The translations under genes and the position numbers were made by a program. Shown piece after piece: positions 26,682 to 40,645 of a stretch of 64,000 nt of DNA. Each line of letters starts with the position of its first letter. Position 1 is the stretch's first letter. This DNA comes from Neoconidiobolus thromboides FSU 785 (Eukaryota > Fungi > Entomophthoromycota), in contig MU626368.1 in NCBI GenBank assembly GCA_025603075.1, positions 10,343 through 74,342 of the forward strand, given 5' to 3'. The notes below the pieces were generated by a model that was given only the letters and a program-made list of their open reading frames with translations, was not told the DNA's origin and did no database searches.

Positions 26682-27427
26682 TGTTGCTCGACTTTCTTTT
26701 ATTATTATTTTATTGTTTATTGATTTTAACTTTGATTTTATATGTCTAAAAATCAGTTGGTTTTGATTTTGATTTAATTTTGATGTGTTGGCAAAATCAA
26801 GGGTGATGTCATTTTCGCGGAAATATAGTTCATAGTTCATATTTTATTGGAGAGATGTTGATATTAGAATATTCTTTTGAGTATTATTAAGCCTTCTAGT
26901 AAGGTTGATGGTTTAATGGTGTTGTTAATTTGTATTACTTTAAAGGGTCAAAATCATGTATTTAATTTTAGCATTTTATAATATAAATATTTTGTATTAG
27001 TCTATGTATATTAAATATACAATAAGCTGTGTAATTATATGAAATACTTGCTTAAATCAAGAAATTAAATAGACAAAAGTATAAATGGTTAAAGGTATCA
27101 TATTTTTAGAACATAAACAATGGTTGACAAGTTATTGTCTGAGTTTTTAACTTTGATATTATTTTTCATTAAAAAAGTTGAATGTTTAATTTAAATTTAT
27201 GTAAGCTATAGACAAGTATATTATCATCCTATATACTTACTTGATCATGAACTACTTTGTGTTTTTAACCTATTAATATAATTTCAATTAAAACCGTTTA
27301 TTCATGTTTGTTAATCGATTGTCTTGTAATCAAAATATTGTAATGCATTTTTTCTTATAATTTGTCCACTTTAGGCAACACGTTTTAACAAAAAACATGC
27401 CTATAAGCTTAAAATGTGAATATAAAC

Positions 27428-27505
27428 TCTGATTGGACTATCACAAAACGCGATTTTTCGAGTACAGTAGTTATCCAATAAAAATAGCCATAGGACCAGA
27501 CCAAT
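27428..27505 (+). promoter_or_regulatory. CCAAT boxes plus MCB-like AAAACGCG upstream of the orphan ORF
   Basis: GATTGG at ~27431, AAAACGCG at 27445-27452, CCAAT at ~27475 and ~27500. Confidence 0.4.
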
Positions 27506-27632
27506 GACAACTTGTTCTGTTTACACAACATTGGAAGTTTGATGACTAGCCAATTATAAAATTTGTTGACAACTTTTTATTCCATCAAACTCAAAATTCT
27601 AACTTTCCATTTTAAAAATTCAAAGTTATAAA

Positions 27633-28958
27633 ATGAATCACACCATATCTTCGGTAATAGAATGGCAACGCAAGCCGTGTGATGATTACGATCGAGATAT
27701 AGGAATCCGTTTTAGAAGAGGAAATCTCAAGGAGGGAGACATTTATAAAATAGAAAAGTATAAAGGAGAAGGTTTACAATCTATATTGCTCTTACCTAAC
27801 TCTGTAATTATGTTTGGTTTCTCTTGGTTTAGATATATACCAACCGGAAGTTATGATAATCCTTTAACCAGTTCAGCTTACAGTTCAGCTACTACAAAAA
27901 GCCAAGAAGCCATGGACGAGATGTCAATTATTTTAGTGAATAGTGTAATATCAGCGCTAAGAGATCCTAGCAAATATACCCAGGGCCAACTTATGAATTA
28001 CATTGCTAGGGGGGACGTTAAGCACAGAACACCCAATGTACACAATATACTTAATGTTCAAAGATCACTTGGGAATCGAACGGATAATTCAGGTTCAGTT
28101 AATCAAAGTTTTGTTAATGAACAAATGTCAATGCTCCAAACCTCATTCAACGATAGTCGAAATATACAAGGTAGAGACTATGATGAAAGCATGAATATTT
28201 TAGATAGCCCAGATCAAAAAAATAATATCATAAGTCCTCTTCATGATTATACAAGGATGAATGCGGTCACTCCGCTTAAGAGACAAATGTACTTTAGGCA
28301 GAATGATCATGATGGCTCTGGGGTTATTTTTGATGATTTTAATTATAAAGAAGTTACTAAACCTTGGTATGAAGTGGAAAGGAATGAAGCTCCAACGGGG
28401 GTACCAAAAGATCTGATGGATTTTATAGTTAACTCTAAATGGGATGCCATGGATGTTCAATTAAAAGGAAAGGAAGAGGAATTTAATCTTGCTATTAAAG
28501 CTATATTTGTTGCTATGAGAACACCAGTGAGCCCACCTTATGATTTTAAAGACGAAAATGAGTCCACCTATGATGTTGGACTAAAAACGTTAGAAAAAAT
28601 CAAGAGAGTATATAATCAAGATGAGAATTTAGAAGACAAAGAAAATCGAGTAAAGAGCAATCAATATCTTTGGATATTAGGAAGCATTCTCAAATCTTGT
28701 GGTAATGCCAATATTAATAGGTTAGCAAAAGCGAATAAGGTTGCACTTACTACAAATACAAAGTTTCCACCACATTTACCAGAAACTTGTCCCCAGATTG
28801 TTGAAATATGGGGAGAAAATGTACCAATTTCTAGAATGCAAACATTAAGCCTATCATTTTATCATACCTTAGAAAAGTTTGGCAAAAATAGTAACCAAAT
28901 ATTTTTAAAAGCTATTAATATTTTAAAAGCAACTTATCCACATACTATTTTAAATTAA
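27633..28958 (+). CDS. Intronless 441-aa protein of unknown function
   Basis: Long uninterrupted ORF with coding-like composition; no family recognised; S/T-P sites and a KEN motif. Confidence 0.85.
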   Translation: MNHTISSVIEWQRKPCDDYDRDIGIRFRRGNLKEGDIYKIEKYKGEGLQSILLLPNSVIMFGFSWFRYIPTGSYDNPLTSSAYSSATTKSQEAMDEMSIILVNSVISALRDPSKYTQGQLMNYIARGDVKHRTPNVHNILNVQRSLGNRTDNSGSVNQSFVNEQMSMLQTSFNDSRNIQGRDYDESMNILDSPDQKNNIISPLHDYTRMNAVTPLKRQMYFRQNDHDGSGVIFDDFNYKEVTKPWYEVERNEAPTGVPKDLMDFIVNSKWDAMDVQLKGKEEEFNLAIKAIFVAMRTPVSPPYDFKDENESTYDVGLKTLEKIKRVYNQDENLEDKENRVKSNQYLWILGSILKSCGNANINRLAKANKVALTTNTKFPPHLPETCPQIVEIWGENVPISRMQTLSLSFYHTLEKFGKNSNQIFLKAINILKATYPHTILN

Positions 28959-29017
28959 ACTTTTAGCTAATTATTTTGAAAATTTCAAACTTTGCTTATT
29001 ATATTATTTTATTTGCT

Positions 29018-30203
29018 TTAAGGATGATAGGTTATAATCTGGCCATAGAGATAATTGATAGATGGAGCTGGGGTAACTTTTATAGGCTCTTTTACATGGC
29101 CTAATTCAACACAGATAAATTTATGGTACTCTTCGTCATCCATATCACTCATTGCTTTAGCATTCTTAATCCATGGGTTCCATACAACTAATTTTTACTA
29201 ATAAATAAAATTTTATATCAAATTATTAAACTTACCAACGTCTGGTAAATTGACCGTTACGAAAGTGAAATAAGATTTTTCATCTTTATAAAGCTTTAAT
29301 AAATCATCGTTCTTATTTCCATAGACACGATCAACTTCTTGGTCGATAGTTATGTGGTCGTCTTGCTGAGTTTCATTTTTATCTAATACTTTATTATAAT
29401 AATCTAAACCTTTTAAGCCTTCTACTTTCACATTAGCAATGTTCTAAAAATTTATCATTTTCACATTAAGTTAAACTAAATTAAGTCCTTACCTCAACAT
29501 CAAAATAAGTGTGAAGTAAAGGAGTTAAAGTTAACTCTTTATCAGTATTTAAATTCTTGACTTGAACGAAAGTTTTTAACTCTTTTTCAGTAATGGTAAC
29601 TGAATATTTCAGCTCAAATTTAAATGGCCAGAGATCAAACACTTCCTTAGAAATGTCTTCATGGGTAAGACCTAATCAATTTAATTTCTTGATAAAATGG
29701 TATCTATTCGTGGATATAAATAAACTTACCAAAGTGTGCAGTAACACCACTATCGTCTTTAACTCCTTCCTCTTCTAAGTGCTTCCAATAAAAGGAACGG
29801 GCAAAGCCTAAATAAAATTTAACTAATTATTTTCATGTAAAGTTATTAAATTCTTACCATGTTGGGGTAAAGCGTGAGCTGGGTTTGGTGCTTTTTCTTT
29901 ACCAAATTGAGGGAATACAATGGGAATACTTTAAAAAGAATCAAAATATGTTTTGAAACAATATTTGTTTTAAAACTTACCCACCACGAACAGCTTTGCT
30001 ACCATCTCTTTTAGATTTGGAGCTAATTGTTTAATGTAAATTTAGTTTCATTAAAATGAATGTCACCCTTACCTAACAAACATCAACTCTTCACCATCAA
30101 TTTTCCATGAGGTAACGGTAGCACCAAACAAATCGATTTGTGCTGTTACATTCTTATATTGAATAGTAACTGCTTTAGGATTTTGGATTTCTTGGATAGA
30201 CAT
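29018..30203 (-). CDS. Glucose-6-phosphate 1-epimerase (aldose 1-epimerase family), multi-exon
   Basis: Reconstructed exons: FGATVTSWK…ELMF, DGSKAVRGG-IPIVFPQFG, LPQHG-FAR, LLHTYF, IDQEVDRVY, LPDV-VVWNPWI. Confidence 0.92.
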
Positions 30204-30616
30204 TTTATTTTTTTAAAATTAGTTTAATGAAATTTATAATGCTTTTATTTATAGGTCAATTTGGTTTGAGTGATGACATGAACTGTTTTTAAACTTTGGA
30301 ACACTATTAGAAATGAAAATAGAAATTATAGGCTAAATTTGAGACAATTTTAAATTGATTTATCATCCTAAATATTACTGTTAGTCACCATAATAAACTA
30401 ATTTATTCAAAGCCTAAGATAATAAACATAAAATAGAAGAACAGTTATATTAAAAATAAAATAAAGTTTAAAAAAGATGCCTTTTATTACTCAAATTTAG
30501 TTCTGATTTAAGTTGATAGTTTAATTTATCGAATTTTGAGTTAATTTATAATACAGGTAGCAACAAAAATACTATATTCAATAACAATAAAATTAAGCTA
30601 ATATTTCATAAATCGT

Positions 30617-31864
30617 TTATTTAGTTTTCTTTTCCTTTTTTACTAAGAAGGAATCCAACGTATTAACTCTCTTTGTTTTTGCAGGTTTAATCAATTCAGG
30701 GGAATCAACCTTAGCAGTGTTTACTTTATTTCCAACCTGGTAACTATCTTTTATTGAATATTTACTATATAGATAAAAGATTAATTACCTTAACAGCTCT
30801 TCATTATATGGTTTAATTAGCCTAACGACTTTATCGTCAAATTCTGGATGTTTTAACCACAACTTTATTTTATCCATATCTTTAATAGGATCAAAGATAA
30901 GTGGCATACGATGATGTATTTTAGAGAAACTTTCATTGGCTTCAGTAGTTATCATAGCAAAAGTAGGGGATACTTTTTCTATCATTTTATTAAACATAAA
31001 AAAGTGTATAAGGAATTAAGCTTACCATTTGTATCTAAAGAATAGTCATATAGACCACCTACAAGTAATAATGGGCTATCTTTTAATTTTGAATAATAAG
31101 GTATATTATCTACTAGTTTGGAACTGTTGTTGCGCTTCCATTCGTAAAAGCTAGAATCGTAAGCGAAAATCAAACAAAATAAAATAGTTTTACCCTTGAA
31201 TTATTATTAAGCATCTCTTTTTTCTTTTTAAATGATTGAATGATGTTTTATTTTTATCCATTAAAGTGTCATCTCTTACATTTATTGGAACTGGTATTTT
31301 CTTATCATTTTTGTTATTGGTAGTATTAAATTTTAAGCCCCATTTCTATTAGCTGTTAGTTATCATGCTGTTAAATTAATAATATTTTATACCATCATAA
31401 CAACTTTTCCAAATGGTTTAATTTCCTTTTCCATATCATTTAAATTATCTTGGAGCTTGTTCTCCTTGTCTAATAGATCTGCACTTACAATTCCTTCCTT
31501 TTTCACTTTGACTCCATTCCCTATGTTTCCCTCTCTTTCTGCAGTAATCAATCCTGTCAAATTTACTTTCTGTGAGCTGCTTTTTGAATTATTCAGAATA
31601 TTTCTACTAATCATATCCCAATGATTAATATCTACAATAACTGGGAAATCCCTTGCAGGAGATAAGTTATACCTAGCAAAAATTAGCACCTATTCGTTTC
31701 CCAAAATTAGCTCTATTACCCTCTACTATATTCTAATCCACCGTCATAGTTGATGCCTTCCAATTGTCTACCAATCTCCTCTATACTCTGATTATTGTTA
31801 ATTTTATTTCTTCATCAATTTTGCAATATCAGTTTACCAAATGCAAGTGACAACGTCCACACAT
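30617..31864 (-). CDS. SRAP-domain abasic-site processing protein (HMCES/YedK family), multi-exon
   Basis: Starts MCGRCHL (catalytic Cys2); YNLSP, FYEWK, FAMITTEAN…IHHRMPLI; C-terminal VNTLDSFLVKK. Confidence 0.9.
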
Positions 31865-32851
31865 TAAATTTTACAGTTGATACTTGCTCTTCATTTATAT
31901 ATATATTTATTGCTAATTTAACTAGATTTACTTTATTTAGAATTATAAGTTTTTTGAATCAAAATAATGTGCTCAATTTTAAGACAAAATTCGTTCATAT
32001 TGCTGCGGAAGGTTAATTACAAAACTCAGTTTTTGAAAAATTAGAGCTCAAGTAATCTTTGTTTACCATACAATGGGTTTCCTAGCAACTAAGAGTTTAA
32101 TTAGGTTTAAGTATTGTTTAAACTGCTATTAAATAGCAGTAAAAAACTAATATTCAATTGATACTACTCACGGAGAGCTAAGCTTAATAGTGTATTTTTA
32201 TTGACAAAAATAACGCTCATAGTAGCTGTTATTTTTTTTAGCAGTTGTAAAGCGCATCATAATATAAGTAATAAAAGATACATCTAAGTCAGTTCTGATG
32301 GATGAACAGTCGTGTTTCTGACTTTTTTTTATCACTTATTTATAATTAAACATTAGTCATCATTAAAAACCAAGTGCTTTAAAACCACAATAATGATCTT
32401 CGATTCCCCCAATGATATGTTTCCAAATCGAACCCAAACTATTAGGCCTGAATTAGTGCATATGATTGGCTAAAATTTATTATAAACATGGAATTTCCAA
32501 AAATATGTCTACTACTGATTGGCTTATAAATAAAGAAATCCTTAATTAAAAAATAAGGAGAATGAAATTGAAAGAGATGCTAAGCCAAAGTATCTTTTAA
32601 CCAAAAATTAAAGAGAGCGTATTGGAAAACTAAGATTGGCCATCCATCTGAATTCCTATAAAGTCGAAAGTATTAGCAGAAGAATTGAAAGAAAGAAAAC
32701 GATAAAGTTTAGTGAATTACGGATTTATTTTTGAGTTTTTTTTTATAAGTGGCATAAAATTGGAGGCAGTGAGATTAGAATTGAAATTTGAGAGTGAAAT
32801 TAAACGAGAATTTTAAAAATATAAAGAATATATATTTAAATTGAAAAAATA

Positions 32852-34034
<1,183 letters not shown>

Positions 34035-34764
34035 TTAAGGTATTATAGTTAGGCTTGAGTGAATGTGGATTAATTAAAATTAACAAGTTATTTAATAGAA
34101 GGAGAAGCACACTATTGGAATTTGTTGTGGCATTTTTAATAAATATGGTAAATTTTACAGATTTCTATAAGTGTTGCAATCGATATTTCAAATTTGGTCC
34201 CAAACTATTATAACATATCTTTTGTTTGCAAGAAATTGATTTTTTTTGTAAATTTAAATCCCTTTACCACAAGTTTAAATCTTAATTTCCCAATCTCGCT
34301 TGACATTTGTTTTTTTATTAAATTTTTGTTTAAAGGACCAAAGGATTTAATAGTATTTTATTAATATTATATAGTTCTCTTTACTTTTTATATATTATTG
34401 TTGATTTTGAATATTGCTTATTGAAATAAAATCTTGTCTTTATAAGTAAAGAGTAACAAATTTTGATTTTAATTTTAATACAGTTTTTATACTAGTTTTA
34501 AATATTATTCTTTATTAAATATAGCATATTTTAATTAAACAATAACATTTTTAAAAATAAGATCGACGTAATAACTCCATTATTAAGATAGGAAAATACA
34601 TCCATAATCCATCCCATCTTCCAAATTTGTTTCGAATCTAAATCCTAATCCTAACCAATCAGATTAACTTCATTTGTATCCCATTTTTTAATAAATATTT
34701 AATATCAAAAAATCGAAAAATTCAATATTTCTAATATTCAATAATAAAATAAATTCGAAACCTA

Positions 34765-35862
34765 ATGAAAAAAGTATTAATTTTAGGTGGTAATGGATAT
34801 TTGGGTAAGTCAACCTTATAATAAGATGACAACAATTAAGTGAATGTTAAAATAGGCCAAAGACTTTGTAAAAAAGGAATTGAAAATGGATTAAAAATAA
34901 CGAGCTTAAGGTAATTTTAATTAAAATTCAAAGCATTTAATTAGATATAAACAAATCTTATTAGTCGTTCTGGACTCCCAAAAATTACTAATGGTAAAAT
35001 AGAAGCTTGGATGAACGAAGTAAATTTTCAATTGATTCTCTAAGCCTGATTCATTACCTGTTACTTATTAATTTATTTTTTCTGTTTTTTCTTTTAGGTG
35101 AATTGGCAAAAAGGAGATTTATTGAATCTAAACAGCTATTCTCATTTATTATCGAATCAAGATACTATCATTCATTCCGTTGGTGCTATTTTTGATTTTA
35201 ATTACAAACCATTGGTAAGTAATGAATGGAATAAAGTGATGAAAGAGGGTATTAGGAATGGAAATCAAGTTAGAGAAATGAATTTTGTGTCAGGTAAGGA
35301 AATAGTAATATAATCACAATATTAATTGTTTAAAATGTGTTGATTACTTTAAGTTGACAATGAATATTGATTTTTTTTAAATAGTAAAGAATTTATTGGA
35401 AGAGTTGAAGAAACATCAAAATATTCAAAGTTTATTTTATTTATCAGCTACCAATTTTTTACCCGAAATATTGACGAAAGATTATATTAGCTCTAAAAAA
35501 GCAAGTGAACAAAGGATTTTATTAGATCAAAATACAGATTTTGTTAAAAAATTTATCGTTCAACCAGGTAAAAATAAGATCCTTAAATTAAAATATAGAA
35601 CATAAATATGAAATAATAAGAGTATAATAAGAGTATAGAAGCTAATCTAACATTAACTTTAGGCTTAATGTATAGTGAAGATCGACCATTAGCTTTTGGT
35701 TTAGCAGCTGGATTATTATTAGGGAAACAATTGGTCTGTTCTAATATTGAACAACCCTTAGCAACAGATTTTGTTACAGATAAAATTATTAAAGTAATTA
35801 AAAATCAAGAAAAGTTTCCACAAAAAAACATCTTCAATATTAATAAAATTTTGGAGTTATAA
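34765..35862 (+). CDS. COQ11: Atypical SDR / NAD(P)-binding protein, Coq11-like, multi-exon
   Basis: MKKVLILGGNGYLG-QRLCK…SLS-RSG…WMNE-VNWQKGDLLNLNSYSHLL…IIHSVG closely parallels the N-terminus of yeast Coq11; YISSKKASE. Confidence 0.75.
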
Positions 35863-35924
35863 AAGTAATATAATAAATATAAGAAAGTGGACGAAAGTTA
35901 TTTTAATTTTATTGTTTTTAACTT

Positions 35925-38130
35925 ATATTAATTTATTGAATACTGTAATCCATGAGATATAGACATCTAGTTTATTTTTATGTATTAGTTAATAGAAATA
36001 GAATTATTATTGAATTTACCATTATCTTGGAATAATTGAATTAAATTAATAATTAATTTTTTAAATAAATTGTTATTTACAATATTATTATTTTCATTCT
36101 TTATAATCAATTGATACGAATGAGTTAACAATTGATTTATAAATTGTTCATTTAATTCATTTAAAATACATAATTTTAATAAGGTAAAATAATGAATTGA
36201 AATTAATTGTTGAAGACTACTTATATTTTGTTGAATTAAATTAATAATCAACTTTTGGAATACAGGGTTATTAGTTAGTAATTGACTATTTTGTATGTTA
36301 TTGTCATCTATATTTTCTATATTGTTATCAATTTCATTTAATTGTTTAATTATTGGATATACACAATTTAACCATAAATTAATAAAATTCCATTGATAAC
36401 ATGTTGAATTAGGATGCTAGAAAAATGAAATAAATAAAAGCATCATGTTACTATAATAAATAAACCTCACGTTTAAAAAGAATTGGATTACATTCCACCA
36501 CATTTGATAATGATCTAAATAAACATTACTAAAATCATAAGCTAATAGATTCCTTTTAATCCCTATAAACAACTCCTCATTATCACTCGAATTCTTATCC
36601 CCCCTTCTCAATAATAAAATGAGATTTAAATATTCTTTATGTAATACAGGTTGATTTAAGGCTGATTGTAAACAATTGAATATAATTTGTTGATAATTTA
36701 ATAAACTACATTTAAATAAATTTATTATTATTTGGTCATTTGGAGTTTTAGTTGTACTATTGATTTGATTTAATAAACTAGTAATTTGATCTTGTTGATT
36801 TGTAGATGATATTTTGTAGCTAATATATAAGGAAGAATTTTGTTAGTTACTGTTAGTTCATAGTAGTGATCACTTACTTTCTATATAAATAATTTTTGAA
36901 TTTGATTAAATTTATTAATTTTATATCTTTTTCATTTGTTATTAATGAAAATATTTCATTGATATTGTCCTATAATGATTATTATTATCATTATTATTAA
37001 AAATAAATCAAAATTTAATTACCTCATTCAATTCCTTCTTATACTTTAGTTGAATGTTTAATATTGCTGTATTTATTAATTGATATCCATTTAAATCAAT
37101 ATTCAATCTACCCTCATTCTCTTTTATATCATTTTTGTTTCCCCGATTGATTATTTCATTATTTGTACTATCTTTAGTAGCTATTAATTCAATAAAATAA
37201 TCATAATCAGAAACTTGTAGAATAGTTAAATCTTTTAATATTAATAAAGTATGCTTAATGACATTATAGTGTTGTTGCTTTCTGGTTAGAGATTAATAAA
37301 GTCAAAGGATGTGATGAATATTCAATTAAAACTTACTGTATTAAATGAGTTGTATCTTTTTGAATTAACTTAATAAACTTTGATAACAAAAGCCGAAATC
37401 GAGTTATTGAATTATTATTTCTATCTATACAGCTACTATTTCCAACTAGAAATAAATATCATATAAATTATAAAATAAAATAAAATAGAATAAAATGAAA
37501 TAAAATGAAATAAAATAAAATAAAATAAAATAAAATAAAATAAAAAATAAAATAAAATAAAATAAAATAAAATAAAATAAAATAAAATAAGACCTTACTT
37601 TGAATTGAATGTGAAAAAAATTCCCAATAGGACACAAACTGGATTGAATTCCATTTTACATCCTTACTATTATTTATTTCATTGCACCATTTTTGAATAA
37701 ATAAACAAGTTAATTGTATTAATTCATCTGTTTTTGTATATGTTATTTGCTCTTTTAATATTTGAAAATAATACTAGAAAATATTCATTTGGTTTATTAT
37801 TGTTCATAGTAAAAGATGATTAATTTTTTACCTCTTCTTTAATCACATAACTATAAAATAAGGTTAATAAATTCAACCTTTTTAATATCGTTATTCTCAA
37901 TAATTTAAAGTCTAAATTATTAGTTAACTAAATTAATAGAACTGTGTTAAGTACCTTTTAATTGTTTCAATAGAATTGCTTTAAACAAATAATCATTTTC
38001 AATGGTTATTGGTAAGATTAATTGAGTTATTAATGTATCTAAACTATATATTGATTAAAACAATACCAAAAATGCAACCACTATATCTTACTTTATTTCT
38101 TGTAATTTATACTGAACTATTGTTTGTTTA
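35925..38130 (-). CDS. Uncharacterised multi-exon alpha-helical protein (boundaries uncertain)
   Basis: Series of open minus-strand exons flanked by GT/AG (including track ORFs 35985-36251 and 36417-36611). One junction near 37400 could not be put in frame. Confidence 0.45.
37471..37590. repeat. (AAAAT)n pentanucleotide microsatellite, ~120 bp, intronic
   Basis: Directly visible; lies between a GTAAG donor (~37597, minus strand) and an acceptor near 37447. Confidence 0.95.
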
Positions 38131-38157
38131 CATAAAGCCTATAGAAATAATAATTAA

Positions 38158-40632
38158 ATGATTATTTTAACTAAAAAAGGTTCTAATTTACTTTATAAAT
38201 CAAATGATTCATTACTAAAAAAAAGAAAAAGAAAAAAGTACATTAAAAAAACCCTTTTATTTTTTATAGACTTCAAATGTATAGAAAACAAATTAATTTT
38301 CTTATAACAATAGAATATAGATCAATATCAAATAATAACAATAATGAATTCGAACTTCAAATAGGAAGAAAGAATGAGCTATATCAATTGATTATGGAAT
38401 ATCATATACAAAATAAAGATATAAATGTCGAAGATTATCGTTACTATTTAAATTGGAAGAGCTATAATTTGAAACTAAAATTAAATTGTTTTATTTCAAC
38501 AAAAGATATAGTTGTAGATGAGGGATTAAAATATTTAACTGAAGATATGAAAAATGATAAGGAAAATATTGGCTTAATTATTATTAATAAAAACGAAGGT
38601 AACAGTGATTATTATTTAAATTAAATTAAATTAAATTAAATTAAATTAAATTAAATTTTTAATATTAGATAAGCCTATAGAAACTAATAATGAAGCAAAT
38701 GTAATAAATCTAGTTCTACTAAAAGATGAGACGAAATTAATATATAAAAATAGAGGAATAATAATGAATAATATTGTAAACAAATTATGGTTCAATAACA
38801 GTATTATTACTATACAATATTTTAATGATAATCATTATTATTTAATACAGCTTAATGATAATGATACTCCTACTTATTTTAAAATCAATGAAAATTGTGC
38901 TATTAAAGTGATAGAAAATAAAAATAAAATAGAAATAACATTCGATGATGTTAAAATGAATAAGCAACTAGATGAAATGATGAATATAATAAGTAAACTT
39001 CTATTATATCTTGTTTTATTTTGCTAATAGTTTATTTTATTTAGCTTGGTATTTTACTACCATTGATAAAGCAAAACAATCAAATATCAACGGAAACTGT
39101 TTATTGGAAATTCAAACTGAAAGTATTTATACGAAATATCAAAAGTAAGTTGTTATTATTTGATTTAATTTAATTTAGATAGAATGCTGATTTTAAAAAT
39201 AGATATATAAAATGTTATCTTAATAACACTATAAAAAACGATATTAGTTTGATTAGTATAAATTTATTAAAACTTATACAAAAAAATAAAGGTGAACAAA
39301 ATGAATTGGATGTCAACGAAATTAGTGAAAAACTCAGTAAGATTATTAATAGTCCTGATAATATTCAGCAACGGAAAATCATAATAATCAAAGGAATCAA
39401 TGAACTAATTTATTATAATTTAATAGATAAAAAAGATTGTTTAATTACTATTAATAAATTATTACAACTTAATAACAATAAAGCTTTATTTTTTGTATTT
39501 TTAATAAATTCGAAACTGAAAACAAAAATTCAATTCAATTTTCAATTCATATATACTCTCATTGATATCAGCAGCACATCAAGCTTAAAACCCACTTTCA
39601 ACAATAGCGACAGTCACTATCAATTACTAACTCATAAAACAGATATAAAAGAATTAGGGGGTTTATTTCAAATTAAAGAAAAATTGAATTTTTATATAAA
39701 ATTATATCAACATCCACAAACAATAATTACATTATCTCCCTTTAATAAATACCTCATAACAGGTCCAGCAAATAGTGGTAAAAGTTTATTAGCCAAAGGG
39801 TTTGCTGATATGTTCGAATTACCTATTATACTCGTTAATTGGTAAGTTTTATTAGTTTTATGTATGATATGAAATTAACAGGTTATTGTTTGTTTGTTTT
39901 TACTTTTAGTGCTAATTTATTTTCTAATCAATTTTCCGAAACGGAAAGCAATTTGAAGGAGTTGTTTCATTTTAAAGATAAATTGAATTCAAAATATGTT
40001 ATTATTTTAGAGGATATTGAATTGATTAGTATTAAAAGAGGTAATAATAATATCTCAATGATTAATGATAATTTTTATTTCATTCTATTTCTATTTGTTA
40101 TTAGGTTCTTCTGAAGATCAATTTTCAGATTTACAAAATCGAATCTTAACTTGTTTGTTAAATGAATTAGATGGATTAAATGAAAATTTGAATTTTATTT
40201 TGATAGCTACAACCAATCATTTAAATAAAATTGATAATGCTTTATTAAGACCAGGTAATATAATATAATAATAATAATAAAGAATAATACTAACTGATTA
40301 ATTTTACTTTTTGTTTTATTAAATAGGTAGAATAGATCAAATGATAGAAATTACTCCACCAAATTCAGAAGAAAGATTAAATATTTATTATAATTTATTA
40401 AAATATTTTCATAAAATAAATTATATACCATTAACAATAGAAGAAGAAGAAATATTTATAAAATTAACGAATGGATTATTACCAAATCAAATTCATCATT
40501 ATTTAAAGTAAATTATTTATTAAGTTTGTTTTTGTATATTAATCTTTTTTAATTAGTTCTAGTATCAAACATTGTTTAAATAATAATATTTCTTTAATTG
40601 AATTTAATATGGTTTTACCCTTTTTTAAATAA
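38158..40632 (+). CDS. Divergent Cdc48/AFG2/PEX-type AAA+ ATPase-like protein, multi-exon
   Basis: Walker A GPANSGKS, altered Walker B IILEDIE, RILTCLLNELDG and second region of homology ATTNHLNKIDNALLRPG-RID. N-terminal half highly divergent. Confidence 0.75.
38616..38655. repeat. (TTAAA)8 microsatellite, intronic
   Basis: Directly visible after the GTAACA donor at ~38599. Confidence 0.9.
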
Positions 40633-40645
40633 ATAAATGTAATAT

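Noticed and set aside
24942-29778. Track ORFs 24942, 24947, 28003, 28200 and 29593
   Set aside because: Overlap well-supported genes in other frames or strands.
34560-34690. Slightly GC-richer segment with CCTAAT/CCATC repeats between GLC7 and COQ11, possible ncRNA or telomere-like tract
   Set aside because: Only two short units, with a CCAAT box just upstream of COQ11; best explained as promoter sequence.
37446-37637. 63-aa ORF rich in FILFY
   Set aside because: Artefact of translating the intronic (AAAAT)n microsatellite.
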